DNA from: Balanoglossus misakiensis | Taxonomy: Eukaryota; Animalia; Hemichordata | Direction: 5' to 3' | Length of the DNA: 64,000 nucleotides | Assembly (NCBI GenBank): GCA_040954595.2 | Contig: CM082594.2 | Location: 7,259,473 to 7,323,472 of the forward strand | In this document: piece after piece, positions 21,953-64,000 of the stretch | Numbering within the stretch: the first letter of the stretch is position 1 | Layout: each line of letters starts with the position of its first letter | The notes under the pieces: generated by a model | Database searches by the model: none | What the model saw: only the letters and a program-made list of their open reading frames with translations | Told to the model about the DNA's origin: nothing | Made by a program: the position numbers and the translations under genes

Positions 21953-22810
21953 ATTGGTCAACGGGTTAACAAAATTGAACGCTACTCTGAAATATCACAC
22001 TCACTGCCATAGTTCCAAATGTAGCGCCCTCAACGGTGGATGCAAGTTTCTGCGGCTGCTGATACAGGAATTCATGACCAACATACCACGAATTATCAAG
22101 CAGCGCGACTGTACTTTATACCTGTTTAGCATGCATTATTGACACTCCAAGACCGACTGTTTGAGAATCTCATCCTGCCATCCTGTATTATGGGCCAGTT
22201 TGATGGACACTGTCTGCTATGCCTTTCTGCAGACCAACAAGCATATTTTCAAAAAGTTGCCTTTACATAGATTTTTGTACTTTATGTATTTGCTTATTTA
22301 TGTTCACCTTAGATGTTTGCAACATAGCTGGGTCTATATTTACCAGGCTTGCATCAATGAACGCATTGTACTTGATTGATTGTCTACTTCATGTATCAGT
22401 TAATGAGAATATTAAAATATTACAAGGATTTGTCATTTATAAGATAAAAGAAACATCTAACACCATTACCGCATTCAGTCTCAGACTGCTCTACAAACAG
22501 GTAAGTTATTCACAAACAACACTGTTGGTCTCTGTTTGTGACCAAAGGTACATCACTCACACATTGCAACAAGAAAAGATTGACCATAGTCATAATTTGT
22601 TCTCAATATACCAATAATTTAGCAGAATACTTGAACTAATAAAGTCCTGCAAACATATTTTCACACAATTTTTTTTAAATAAATTTATTTTCAAATTTGT
22701 TGATATAAGATGCAGTTCACACGCCACAAAGAAATGCAAGTCTTTCCTGAAATCCATACAATGACAAAAACTTGTTAGGGTCTCGCATACCTGTCATTTC
22801 ATACCTGTTC

Positions 22811-22820
22811 TCTCGCGAGA
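22811..22820. promoter_or_regulatory. TCTCGCGAGA palindrome (CGCG element) in the myosin V promoter region
   Basis: Exact 10-bp palindrome ~190 bp upstream of the myosin ATG, in a CpG-rich patch. Confidence 0.6.
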
Positions 22821-23004
22821 AGTGTTCAGTGGGCGTTCATCGCCTTGATCATTCCGCGCAGCCGCACGAAATCGCAATGGCGGCCGGCTTGAAGTGAATC
22901 GACGTAGACTCCCCCAAATAAACCACTTGAATTACGGCGACACACTGGAATATATGGCTTTGACTTATAACAGCATAGGAGAGTAGATACCGCACTGTGA
23001 AGCC

Positions 23005-51635
<28,631 letters not shown>

Positions 51636-54061
51636 GAGAGCGCGGTCTGGAACCCTTTGACTGAACCATACATTTTGTGCAATATGTCCGATGCCCCCCT
51701 GCCCCCCACCCCCACCCCCGGGATTGATGATAGTATTATATTTTCTGAAGTTGAATATTTCGTACGATGTGTGTCTTCCAATAGCCCCCTAACCCGTCCC
51801 CCCAAAAATGGGGGGAATGGTGGTAAAGTGAAATGTTTATATACCAGGCTCATACCATAGTCATGTACATGTTCTGTCACATGTTTTCTTAGTATCAGTG
51901 TACGAGCTGTAATCAGCAAGAATCTCACAGATCACATACAGTATGCTCAAAATGTTTTTCAAACTTTTTGCCCAAATGGGTAATACCATAGTGTAAAGAA
52001 AACCTTAGAAATGTGTTATCTAGTGCACTACACATCCGATGTAAATGACAGAGATTCTTGTGAACTGTGGTGTATGAAAATCAGAAATTACATAGGTAGT
52101 CTTGTGATACTGAGGTAGTCTCTTTGTTCTGATCAATGTGTTTGAAGTGTGTGATTTGAAATTGCTTGCCAGTGGACGATTTTATTCTCGTGAATTAGAC
52201 CGAAATCACTGATGCAATCGTGATACCAAATGTCGTCAAAAAATCAGCAATAGAAAGGAAACATTTACTTCCAAAAATGCACAAAGAAATTTTGTCAGTT
52301 TTCAACCTGAAAATGATATCTGTGCTCTGATTATTACAATTGCTGGTAAATAGAATTTTATTTTAAAATTTCACATTTAATACAAGTGGTAAGTTTTGAT
52401 GAGAACTTTTCAAGTAGTTAGCTTAAGAATTTGGCCTGAACTGCCAATGGCTGGAGCTCGCATCTACAAGAAAGTACTAAAGCCCTTTGTGGTGCTTGCT
52501 GCTCAGTGGGATTTTAAAGAATCATGGGGCGATTGTTGTTGATCTGAATCACCAAAAACAAGAATAATGACAGAAATAAAATTTTCGAGAATGATTTATC
52601 TAGAATTGCAGAGATACAGGTGTGAGAGTTCAAGAACAAAAGAACAAAATGCATTTTCCAAATAATTTCAGGAATTTCAACCAACATAATTTTTTTATTT
52701 TGGAGACGAGTTTATGGTTGATAGGTATATACTGTACTTATTTATTTGGAAAGTTTACTGTGCAGAAGTTACACAACCTGATTTACCACAATCTCTGACA
52801 ATTTACTTTTAGTTTGCTCATATCAGTGTCCACCTGAAGGAAGTATGAAAAATTTCTACGTTTGTGTGCATTTTGTTTCCGGTCAATTTGTGTTTACCTT
52901 TCAGGTAGTTTTGTATTTTGTATCATTTGCATCATGAAAAAAGCTGTATATAATTTTTTTCTCCTGCATTTTTTTTCAGTAAATTTTGGAAAGATGGGTT
53001 TGGGAAAGTTTCAGGAGCACAGTTGCTTTAATATTCTTTCATGTAGAATTTTTGAGATACACATAAAATGGAATTAATTATTAATGGTAGTGGTATACTC
53101 TGGCAGTGGTTTCAGATCTTTTCCTTTATTTTTCCTTTGTGAAAAGGTAACCAACGGCAACACTTAATTTGTATATATATTTGACTATGTATTTAAATAT
53201 TCATATGTAGATGACTTGAATATTTATGCCCCTGGCAGACTAGTATAATGATTATATCCCCCTGTTATGTTGATATGTATATTTTTGTCAGGGTTGCGGT
53301 AGCATAGATTTAAGGTTTTGTAGATTGGTGCATTTTTTCGAGAGAAAGCTTTGTTAGGAACAAAATATGTCTGTGGTGGGATTGTTTTCCCATGTTAAAA
53401 AAAAACATGCCCATTTTCAAACTTGGAAAGTCCTTTCATCAAGGGTAAGTTATTGTGTTGTAATTGTGATAGATGGTCAACTTCGCGTGTGTGTATTGAC
53501 CACTCCAATCAGGCCAGTGAGTATTGCAGTGCTGTATTTCTTCTTAAGCTCTGTGCTGTGTCGCTTCACTGTACGTGCAGGTGTGTTACAAAACACGTCT
53601 TAGTATTAGCGAGTAGCCCAGTTCTGTGTTAGCCCACCCTTTGCGGTGAATACTTTGTTTTGCTGCCAGCTTTTGTGTGTTTACAAGGCCAACCTTTCTT
53701 TCGAGGTGCCTTCTGTACGAAGACCGGGTCACCAGCCAATTTGGAAGTTTTACAAGATAGTAATGCCATTTCAATCAAAATCAATGGATTTTCTTCCGAA
53801 GAGGTCAATAGAAAAATTGTATATTCAGTGAGAACCTTTGTTACAGTGGGGCATAATAGATAGATTAATCTTGAAGTCAAAATTTCAAGTTGAAGTAGTA
53901 ATTGTACATGCAGATTTTCTGTTAGAAATCACTAGGAGAGAAGATAATGGTGAATGAATTGTGACAAGTGATGTCAGAAATGAATAAATTATGTAATATA
54001 TATTGAAAACTTTGTGTCCATAAGTTGTGTATCATGTACATATAAAGTGTGTCTGAGCATG

Positions 54062-57000
54062 CGCTATAACCCATGGTTTTTTTCAAAAATCGACGAAATT
54101 TTGAGATTATGCAAAGTCGAAAAATTGTCATTTTTTGATGATTTTCGTGAGCTATAACCCATGTATTTTTTCAAAAATCGACGAAATTTTGAGATTTCGC
54201 AAAGTCGAAAAATTGTCATTTTTTGATGATTTTCGTGAGCTATAACCCATGGTTTTTCGCCAAAAATGGCCAAATTTCGAAAATTCCCAAAGTCGAAAAA
54301 TTGTCATTTTTGGACGATTTTCATGGGCTATAACCCATGGTTTTTTAAAAAAAAATGAAGAAATTTTGATATTTCGCAAAGTCGAAAAATTGTCATTTTT
54401 CGACGATTTTCATGAGCTATAACCCGTTTTTTTCAAAAAAATGAAGAAATTTTGATATTTCGCAAAGTCGAAAAATTGTCATTTTTGGACGATTTTCATG
54501 AGCTATAACCCATGGTTTTTGTCAAAAATCGATGAAATTTTGAAATTCCGGGAAGTCGAAAAAGTGTCATTTTTGGACGATTTCCTGAGCTATAACCCAT
54601 GGTTTTTGTCAAAAATCGATGAAATTTTGTAATTCCGGGAAGTCGAAAAAGTGTCACTTTTGGACGATTTCCTGAGCTATAACCCATGGTTTTTGTCAAA
54701 AATCGATGAAATTTTGAAATTCCGGGAGGTCGAAAAAGTGTCATTTTTGGACGATTTCCTGAGCTATAACCCATGGTTTTTGTCAAAAATCGATGAAATT
54801 TTGAAATTCCGGGAGGTCGAAAAATTGTCATTTTTGGACGATTTCCTGAGCTATAACCCATGGTTTTTGTCAAAAATCGATGAAATTTTGAAATTCCGGG
54901 AGGTCGAAAAATTGTCATTTTTGGACGATTTCCTGAGCTATAACCCATGGTTTTTGTCAAAAATCGATGAAATTTTGAAATTCCGGGAGGTCGAAAAATT
55001 GTCATTTTTGGACGATTTCCTGAGCTATAACCCATGGTTTTTGTCAAAAATCGATGAAATTTTGAAATTCCGGGAGGTCGAAAAATTGTCATTTTTGGAC
55101 GATTTCCTGAGCTATAACCCATGGTTTTTGTCAAAAATCGATGAAATTTTGAAATTCCGGGAGGTCGAAAAATTGTCATTTTTGGACGATTTCCTGAGCT
55201 ATAACCCATGGTTTTTGTCAAAAATCGATGAAATTTTGAAATTCCGGGAGGTCGAAAAATTGTCATTTTTGGACGATTTCCTGAGCTATAACCCATGGTT
55301 TTTGTCAAAAATCGATGAAATTTTGAAATTCCGGGAGGTCGAAAAATTGTCATTTTTGGACGATTTCCTGAGCTATAACCCATGGTTTTTGTCGAAAATC
55401 GATGAAATTTTGAAATTCCGGGAGGTCAAAAAATTGTCATTTTTGGACGATTTCCTGAGCTATAACCCATGGTTTTTGTCAAAAATCGATGAAATTTTGA
55501 AATTCCGGGAGGTCGAAAAATTGTCATTTTTGGACGATTTCCTGAGCTATAACCCATGGTTTTTGTCAAAAATCGATGAAATTTTGAAATTCCGGGAGGT
55601 CAAAAAATTGTCATTTTTGGACGATTTCCTGAGCTATAACCCATGGTTTTTGTCAAAAATCGATGAAATTTTGAAATTCCGGGAGGTCGAAAAATTGTCA
55701 TTTTTGGACGATTTCCTGAGCTATAACCCATGGTTTTTGTCAAAAATCGATGAAATTTTGAAATTCCGGGAGGTCGAAAAATTGTCATTTTTGGACGATT
55801 TCCTGAGCTATAACCCATGGTTTTTGTCAAAAATCGATGAAATTTTGAAATTCCGGGAGGTCGAAAAATTGTCATTTTTGGACGATTTCCTGAGCTATAA
55901 CCCATGGTTTTTGTCAAAAATCGATGAAATTTTGAAATTCCGGGAGGTCGAAAAATTGTCATTTTTGGACGATTTCCTGAGCTATAACCCATGGTTTTTG
56001 TCAAAAATCGATGAAATTTTGAAATTCCGGGAGGTCGAAAAATTGTCATTTTTGGACGATTTCCTGAGCTATAACCCATGGTTTTTGTCAAAAATCGATG
56101 AAATTTTGAAATTCCGGGAGGTCAAAAAATTGTCATTTTTGGACGATTTCCTGAGCTATAACCCATGGTTTTTGTCAAAAATCGATGAAATTTTGAAATT
56201 CCGGGAGGTCGAAAAATTGTCATTTTTGGACGATTTCCTGAGCTATAACCCATGGTTTTTGTCAAAAATCGATGAAATTTTGAAATTCCGGGAGGTCGAA
56301 AAATTGTCATTTTTGGACGATTTCCTGAGCTATAACCCATGGTTTTTGTCAAAAATCGATGAAATTTTGAAATTCCGGGAGGTCGAAAAATTTGTCATTT
56401 TTGGACGATTTCCTGAGCTATAACCCATGGTTTTTGTCAAAAATCGATGAAATTTCGAATTCCGGGAAGTCGAAAAATTTGTCATTTTTGGACGATTTCC
56501 TGAGCTATAACCCATGGTTTTTGTCAAAAATCGATGAAATTTCGAAATTCCGGGAAGTCGAAAAATTGTCATTTTTGGACGATTTCCTGAGCTATAACCC
56601 GTGGTTTTTGTCAAAAATCGATGAAATTTCGAAATTCCGGGAAGTCGAGAAATTGTCATTTTTGGACGATTTCCTGAGCTATAACCCGTGGTTTTTGTCG
56701 AAAATCGATGAAATTTTGAAATTCCGGGAAGTCGAGAAATTGTCATTTTTGGACGATTTCCTGAGCTATAACCCATGGTTTTTGTCGAAAATCGATGAAA
56801 TTTTGAAATTCCGGGAAGTCGAAAAATTGTCATTTTTGGACGATTTCCTGAGCTATAACCCATGGTTTTTGTCGAAAATCGATGAAATTTTGAAATTCCG
56901 GGAAGTCGAAAAATTGTCATTTTTGGACGATTTCCTGAGCTATAACCCATGGTTTTTGTCGAAAATCGATGAAATTTTGAAATTCCGGGAAGTCGAAAAA

Positions 57001-60000
57001 TTGTCATTTTTGGACGATTTCCTGAGCTATAACCCATGGTTTTTGTCGAAAATCGATGAAATTTTGAAATTCCGGGAAGTCGAAAAATTGTCATTTTTGG
57101 ACGATTTCCTGAGCTATAACCCATGGTTTTTGTCGAAAATCGATGAAATTTTGAAATTCCGGGAAGTCGAAAAATTGTCATTTTTGGACGATTTCCTGAG
57201 CTATAACCCATGGTTTTTGTCGAAAATCGATGAAATTTTGAAATTCCGCGAAGTCGAAAAATTGTCATTTTTGGACGATTTCCTGAGCTATAACCCATGG
57301 TTTTTGTCGAAAATCGATGAAATTTTGAAATTCCGGGAAGTCGAAAAATTGTCATTTTTGGACGATTTCCTGAGCTATAACCCATGGTTTTTGTCGAAAA
57401 TCGATGAAATTTTGAAATTCCGGGAAGTCGAAAAATTGTCATTTTTGGACGATTTCCTGAGCTATAACCCATGGTTTTTGTCGAAAATCGATGAAATTTT
57501 GAAATTCCGCGAAGTCGAAAAATTGTCATTTTTGGACGATTTCCTGAGCTATAACCCATGGTTTTTGTCGAAAATCGATGAAATTTTGAAATTCCGGGAA
57601 GTCGAAAAATTGTCATTTTTGGACGATTTCCTGAGCTATAACCCATGGTTTTTGTCGAAAATCGATGAAATTTTGAAATTCCGGGAGGTCGAAAAATTGT
57701 CATTTTTGGACGATTTCCTGAGCTATAACCCATGGTTTTTGTCAAAAATCGATGAAATTTTGAAATTCCGGGAGGTCGAAAAATTGTCATTTTTGGACGA
57801 TTTCCTGAGCTATAACCCATGGTTTTTGTCAAAAATCGATGAAATTTTGAAATTCCGGGAGGTCGAAAAATTTGTCATTTTTGGACGATTTCCTGAGCTA
57901 TAACCCATGGTTTTTGTCAAAAATCGATGAAATTTCGAATTCCGGGAAGTCGAAAAATTTGTCATTTTTGGACGATTTCCTGAGCTATAACCCATGGTTT
58001 TTGTCAAAAATCGATGAAATTTCGAATTCCGGGAAGTCGAAAAATTTGTCATTTTTGGACGATTTCCTGAGCTATAACCCATGGTTTTTGTCGAAAATCG
58101 ATGAAATTTCGAAATTCCGGGAAGTCGAGAAATTGTCATTTTTGGACGATTTCCTGAGCTATAACCCATGGTTTTTGTCGAAAATCGATGAAATTTTGAA
58201 ATTCCGGGAAGTCGAAAAATTGTCATTTTTGGACGATTTCCTGAGCTATAACCCATGGTTTTTGTCGAAAATCGATGAAATTTTGAAATTCCGGGAAGTC
58301 GAAAAATTGTCATTTTTGGACGATTTCCTGAGCTATAATAACCCATGGTTTTTGTCGAAAATCGATGAAATTTTGAAATTCCGGGAAGTCGAAAAATTGT
58401 CATTTTTGGACGATTTCCTGAGCTATAACCCATGGTTTTTGTCGAAAATCGATGAAATTTTGAAATTCCGGGAAGTCGAAAAATTGTCATTTTTGGACGA
58501 TTTCCTGAGCTATAACCCATGGTTTTTGTCGAAAATCGATGAAATTTTGAAATTCCGCGAAGTCGAAAAATTGTCATTTTTGGACGATTTCCTGAGCTAT
58601 AACCCATGGTTTTTGTCGAAAATCGATGAAATTTTGAAATTCCGGGAAGTCGAAAAATTGTCATTTTTAGACGATTTCCTGAGCTATAACCCATGGTTTT
58701 TGTCGAAAATCGATGAAATTTTGAAATTCCGGGAAGTCGAAAAATTGTCATTCTTGGACGATTTCCTGAGCTATTACCCATGGTTTTTGTCGAAAATCGA
58801 TGAAATTTTGAAATTCCGGGAAGTCGAAAAATTGTCATTTTTGGACGATTTCCTGAGCTATAACCCATGGTTTTTGTCGAAAATCGATGAAATTTTGAAA
58901 TTCCGGGAAGTCGAAAAATTGTCATTCTTGGACGATTTCCTGAGCTATAACCCATGGTTTTTGTCGAAAATCGATGAAATTTTGAAATTCCGGGTAGTCG
59001 AAAAATTGTCATTTTTGGACGATTTCCTGAGCTATAACCCATGGTTTTTGTCGAAAATCGATGAAATTTTGAAATTCCGGGAAGTCGAAAAATTGTCATT
59101 TTTGGACGATTTCCTGAGCTATAACCCATGGTTTTTGTCGAAAATCGATGAAATTTTGAAATTCCGGGAAGCCGAAAAATTGTCATTCTTGGACGATTTC
59201 CTGAGCTATTACCCATGGTTTTTGTCGAAAATCGATGAAATTTTGAAATTCCGGGTAGTCGAAAAATTGTCATTTTTGGACGATTTCCTGAGCTATAACC
59301 CATGGTTTTTGTCGAAAATCGATGAAATTTTGAAATTCCGGGAAGTCGAAAAATTGTCATTTTTGGACGATTTCCTGAGCTATAACCCATGGTTTTTGTC
59401 GAAAATCGATGAAATTTTGAAATTCCGGGAAGTCGAAAAATTGTCATTTTTAGACGATTTCCTGAGCTATAACCCATGGTTTTTGTCGAAAATCGATGAA
59501 ATTTTGAAATTCCGGGAAGTCGAAAAATTGTCATTTTTGGACGATTTCCTGAGCTATAACCCATGGTTTTTGTCGAAAATCGATGAAATTTTGAAATTCC
59601 GGGAAGTCGAAAAATTGTCATTTTTGGACGATTTCCTGAGCTATAACCCATGGTTTTTGTCGAAAATCGATGAAATTTTGAAAATCCGGGAAGTCGAAAA
59701 ATTGTCATTTTTGGACGATTTCCTGAGCTATAACCCATGGTTTTTGTCGAAAATCGATGAAATTTTGAAATTCCGCGAAGTCGAAAAATTGTCATTTTTG
59801 GACGATTTCCTGAGCTATAACCCATGGTTTTTGTCGAAAATCGATGAAATTTTGAAATTCCGGGAAGTCGAAAAATTGTCATTTTTGGACGATTTCCTGA
59901 GCTATAACCCATGGTTTTTGTCGAAAATCGATGAAATTTTGAAATTCCGGGAAGTCGAAAAATTGTCATTTTTGGACGATTTCCTGAGCTATAACCCATG

Positions 60001-63000
60001 GTTTTTGTCGAAAATCGATGAAATTTTGAAATTCCGGGAAGTCGAAAAATTGTCATTTTTGGACGATTTCCTGAGCTATAACCCATGGTTTTTGTCGAAA
60101 ATCGATGAAATTTTGAAATTCCGGGAAGTCGAAAAATTGTCATTTTTGGACGATTTCGTGAGCTATAACCCATGGTTTTTGTCGAAAATCGATAAAATTT
60201 TGAAATTCCGGGAAGTCGAAAAATTGTCATTTTTGGACGATTTCCTGAGCTATAACCCGTGGTTTTTGTCGAAAATCGATGAAATTTTGAAATTCCGGGA
60301 AGTCGAAAAATTGTCATTTTTGGACGATTTCCTGAGCTATAACCCATGGTTTTTGTCGAAAATCGATGAAATTTTGAAATTCCGGGAAGTCGAAAAATTG
60401 TCATTTTTGGACGATTTCCTGAGCTATAACCCATGGTTTTTGTCGAAAATCGATGAAATTTTGAAATTCCGGGAAGTCGAAAAATTGTCATTTTTAGACG
60501 ATTTCCTGAGCTATAACCCATGGTTTTTGTCGAAAATCGATGAAATTTTGAAATTCCGGGAAGTCGAAAAATTGTCATTTTTGGACGATTTCCTGAGCTA
60601 TAACCCATGGTTTTTGTCGAAAATCGATGAAATTTTGAAATTCCGGGAAGTCGAGAAATTGTCATTTTTGGACGATTTCCTGAGCTATAACCCATGGTTT
60701 TTGTCGAAAATCGATGAAATTTTGAAATTCCGGGAAGTCGAGAAATTGTCATTTTTGGACGATTTCCTGAGCTATAACCCATGGTTTTTGTCGAAAATCG
60801 ATGAAATTTTGAAATTCCGGGAAGTCGAGAAATTGTCATTTTTGGACGATTTCCTGAGCTATAACCCATGGTTTTTGTCGAAAATCGATGAAATTTTGAA
60901 ATTCCGGGAAGTCGAGAAATTGTCATTTTTGGACGATTTCCTGAGCTATAACCCATGGTTTTTGTCGAAAATCGATGAAATTTTGAAATTCCGGGAAGTC
61001 GAGAAATTGTCATTTTTGGACGATTTCCTGAGCTATAACCCATGGTTTTTGTCGAAAATCGATGAAATTTTGAAATTCCGGGAAGTCGAAAAATTGTCAT
61101 TTTTGGACGATTTCCTGAGCTATAACCCATGGTTTTTGTCGAAAATCGATGAAATTTTGAAATTCCGGGAAGTCGAGAAATTGTCATTTTTGGACGATTT
61201 CCTGAGCTATAACCCATGGTTTTTGTCGAAAATCGATGAAATTTTGAAATTCCGGGAAGTCGAAAATTGTCATTTTTGGACGATTTCCTGAGCTATAACC
61301 CATGGTTTTTGTCGAAAATCGATGAAATTTTGAAATTCCGGGAAGTCGAAAAATTGTCATTTTTGGACGATTTCCTGAGCTATAACCCATGGTTTTTGTC
61401 GAAAATCGATGAAATTTTGAAATTCCGGGAAGTCGAAAAATTGTCATTTTTGGACGATTTCCTGAGCTATAACCCATGGTTTTTGTCGAAAATCGATGAA
61501 ATTTTGAAATTCCGGGAAGTCGAAAAATTGTCATTTTTGGACGATTTCCTGAGCTATAACCCATGGTTTTTGTCGAAAATCGATGAAATTTTGAAATTCC
61601 GGGAAGTCGAAAAATTGTCATTTTTGGACGATTTCCTGAGCTATAACCCATGGTTTTTGTCGAAAATCGATGAAATTTTGAAATTCCGGGAAGTCGAAAA
61701 ATTGTCATTTTTGGACGATTTCCTGAGCTATAACCCATGGTTTTTGTCGAAAATCGATGAAATTTTGAAATTCCGGGAAGTCGAAAAATTGTCATTTTTG
61801 GACGATTTCCTGAGCTATAACCCATGGTTTTTGTCGAAAATCGATGAAATTTTGAAATTCCGGGAAGTCGAAAAATTGTCATTTTTGGACGATTTCCTGA
61901 GCTATAACCCATGGTTTTTGTCGAAAATCGATGAAATTTTGAAATTCCGGGAAGTCGAAAAATTGTCATTTTTGGACGATTTCCTGAGCTATAACCCATG
62001 GTTTTTGTCGAAAATCGATGAAATTTTGAAATTCCGGGAAGTCGAAAAATTGTCATTTTTGGACGATTTCCTGAGCTATAACCCATGGTTTTTGTCGAAA
62101 ATCGATGAAATTTTGAAATTCCGGGAAGTCGAAAATTGTCATTTTTGGACGATTTCCTGAGCTATAACCCATGGTTTTTGTCGAAAATCGATGAAATTTT
62201 GAAATTCCGGGAAGTCGAGAAATTGTCATTTTTGGACGATTTCCTGAGCTATAACCCATGGTTTTTGTCGAAAATCGATGAAATTTTGAAATTCCGGGAA
62301 GTCGAGAAATTGTCATTTTTGGACGATTTCCTGAGCTATAACCCATGGTTTTTTGTCGAAAATCGATGAAATTTTGAAATTCCGGGAAGTCGAGAAATTG
62401 TCATTTTTGGACGATTTCCTGAGCTATAACCCATGGTTTTTGTCGAAAATCGATGAAATTTTGAAATTCCGGGAAGTCGAGAAATTGTCATTTTTGGACG
62501 ATTTCCTGAGCTATAACCCATGGTTTTTGTCGAAAATCGATGAAATTTTGAAATTCCGGGAAGTCGAGAAATTGTCATTTTTGGACGATTTCCTGAGCTA
62601 TAACCCATGGTTTTTGTCGAAAATCGATGAAATTTTGAAATTCCGGGAAGTCGAGAAATTGTCATTTTTGGACGATTTCCTGAGCTATAACCCATGGTTT
62701 TGTCGAAAATCGATGAAATTTGAAATTCCGGGAAGTCGAGAAAATTGTCATTTTTGGACGATTTCCTGAGCTATAACCCATGGTTTTTGTCGAAAATCGA
62801 TGAAATTTTGAAATTCCGGGAAGTCGAAAAATTGTCATTTTTGGACGATTTCCTGAGCTATAACCCATGGTTTTTGTCGAAAATCGATGAAATTTTGAAA
62901 TTCCGGGAAGTCGAAAAATTGTCATTTTTGGACGATTTCCTGAGCTATAACCCATGGTTTTTGTCGAAAATCGATGAAATTTGAAATTCCGGGAAGTCGA

Positions 63001-64000
63001 AAAATTGTCATTTTTGGACGATTTCCTGAGCTATAACCCATGGTTTTTGTCGAAAATCGATGAAATTTTGAAATTCCGGGAAGTCGAAAAATTGTCATTT
63101 TTGGACGATTTCCTGAGCTATAACCCATGGTTTTTGTCGAAAATCGATGAAATTTTGAAATTCCGGGAAGTCGAAAAATTGTCATTTTTGGACGATTTCC
63201 TGAGCTATAACCCATGGTTTTTGTCGAAAATCGATGAAATTTTGAAATTCCGGGAAGTCGAAAAATTGTCATTTTTGGACGATTTCCTGAGCTATAACCC
63301 ATGGTTTTTGTCGAAAATCGATGAAATTTTGAAATTCCGGGAAGTCGAAAAATTGTCATTTTTGGACGATTTCCTGAGCTATAACCCATGGTTTTTGTCG
63401 AAAATCGATGAAATTTTGAAATTCCGGGAAGTCGAAAAATTGTCATTTTTGGACGATTTCCTGAGCTATAACCCATGGTTTTGTCGAAAATCGATGAAAT
63501 TTTGAAATTCCGGGAAGTCGAAAAATTGTCATTTTTGGACGATTTCCTGAGCTATAACCCATGGTTTTTGTCGAAAATCGATGAAATTTTGAAATTCCGG
63601 CGAAGTCGAAAAATTGTCATTTTTGGACGATTTCCTGAGCTATAACCCATGGTTTTGTCGAAAATCGATGAAATTTTGAAATTCCGCGAAGTCGAAAAAT
63701 TGTCATTTTTGGACGATTTCCTGAGCTATAACCCATGGTTTTTGTCGAAAATCGATGAAATTTTGAAATTCCGCGAAGTCGAAAAATTGTCATTTTTGGA
63801 CGATTTCCTGAGGCTATAACCCATGGTTTTTGTCGAAAATCGATGAAAATTTTGAAATTCCGGAAGTCGAAAAATTGTCATTTTTGGACGATTTCCTGAG
63901 CTATAACACTCTCACGGATGTGTATCTCTCGAAAAACCGATGAATTTTGAAATTCGGGAAGTCGGAAAAATTGTCTTTTTGGACGAATTTCTGAGCTATA
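54062..64000. repeat. 87-bp tandem satellite array, ~114 units, continuing to the window end
   Basis: Unit gagctataacccatggtttttgtcgaaaatcgatgaaattttgaaattccgggaagtcgaaaaattgtcatttttggacgatttcct; diverged units at the left edge, homogeneous core. Confidence 0.98.

Noticed and set aside
54496-63505. Long ORFs (up to 1139 aa) on both strands as annotated genes
   Set aside because: They follow automatically from a stop-free 87-bp unit. There is no unique N- or C-terminus, splice link or promoter, so they are kept only as a hypothesis in the findings.
54062-64000. CRISPR-like array
   Set aside because: No unique spacers, no cas genes, and a eukaryotic context.
63480-64000. Rising divergence at the right end as a biological array edge
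   Set aside because: Mostly homopolymer indels, which look more like low-coverage consensus error near a contig end.

Overview
Intron-rich animal (probably marine invertebrate) genomic DNA, not prokaryotic. Five spliced genes in order: MCM6 (minus strand, 3' end outside the window), a head-to-head cytosolic HSC70 ending GPTIEEVD with heat-shock elements, an SLC5A6/8/12-type sodium:solute symporter, dUTPase, and a full-length class V myosin (23005-51635, 9.6 kb first intron). Introns carry several small inverted-repeat elements, including a 232-bp element with an 8-bp target-site duplication and head-to-head TTAGGG/CCCTAA tracts. The last ~10 kb is an 87-bp tandem satellite that gives long stop-free ORFs on both strands. 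The most interesting signals are paralogous alternative exons in the myosin V cargo-binding tail, the bias toward synonymous variants in one frame of the satellite, and the telomere-repeat element. Exon coordinates were read by eye and no database searches were run.
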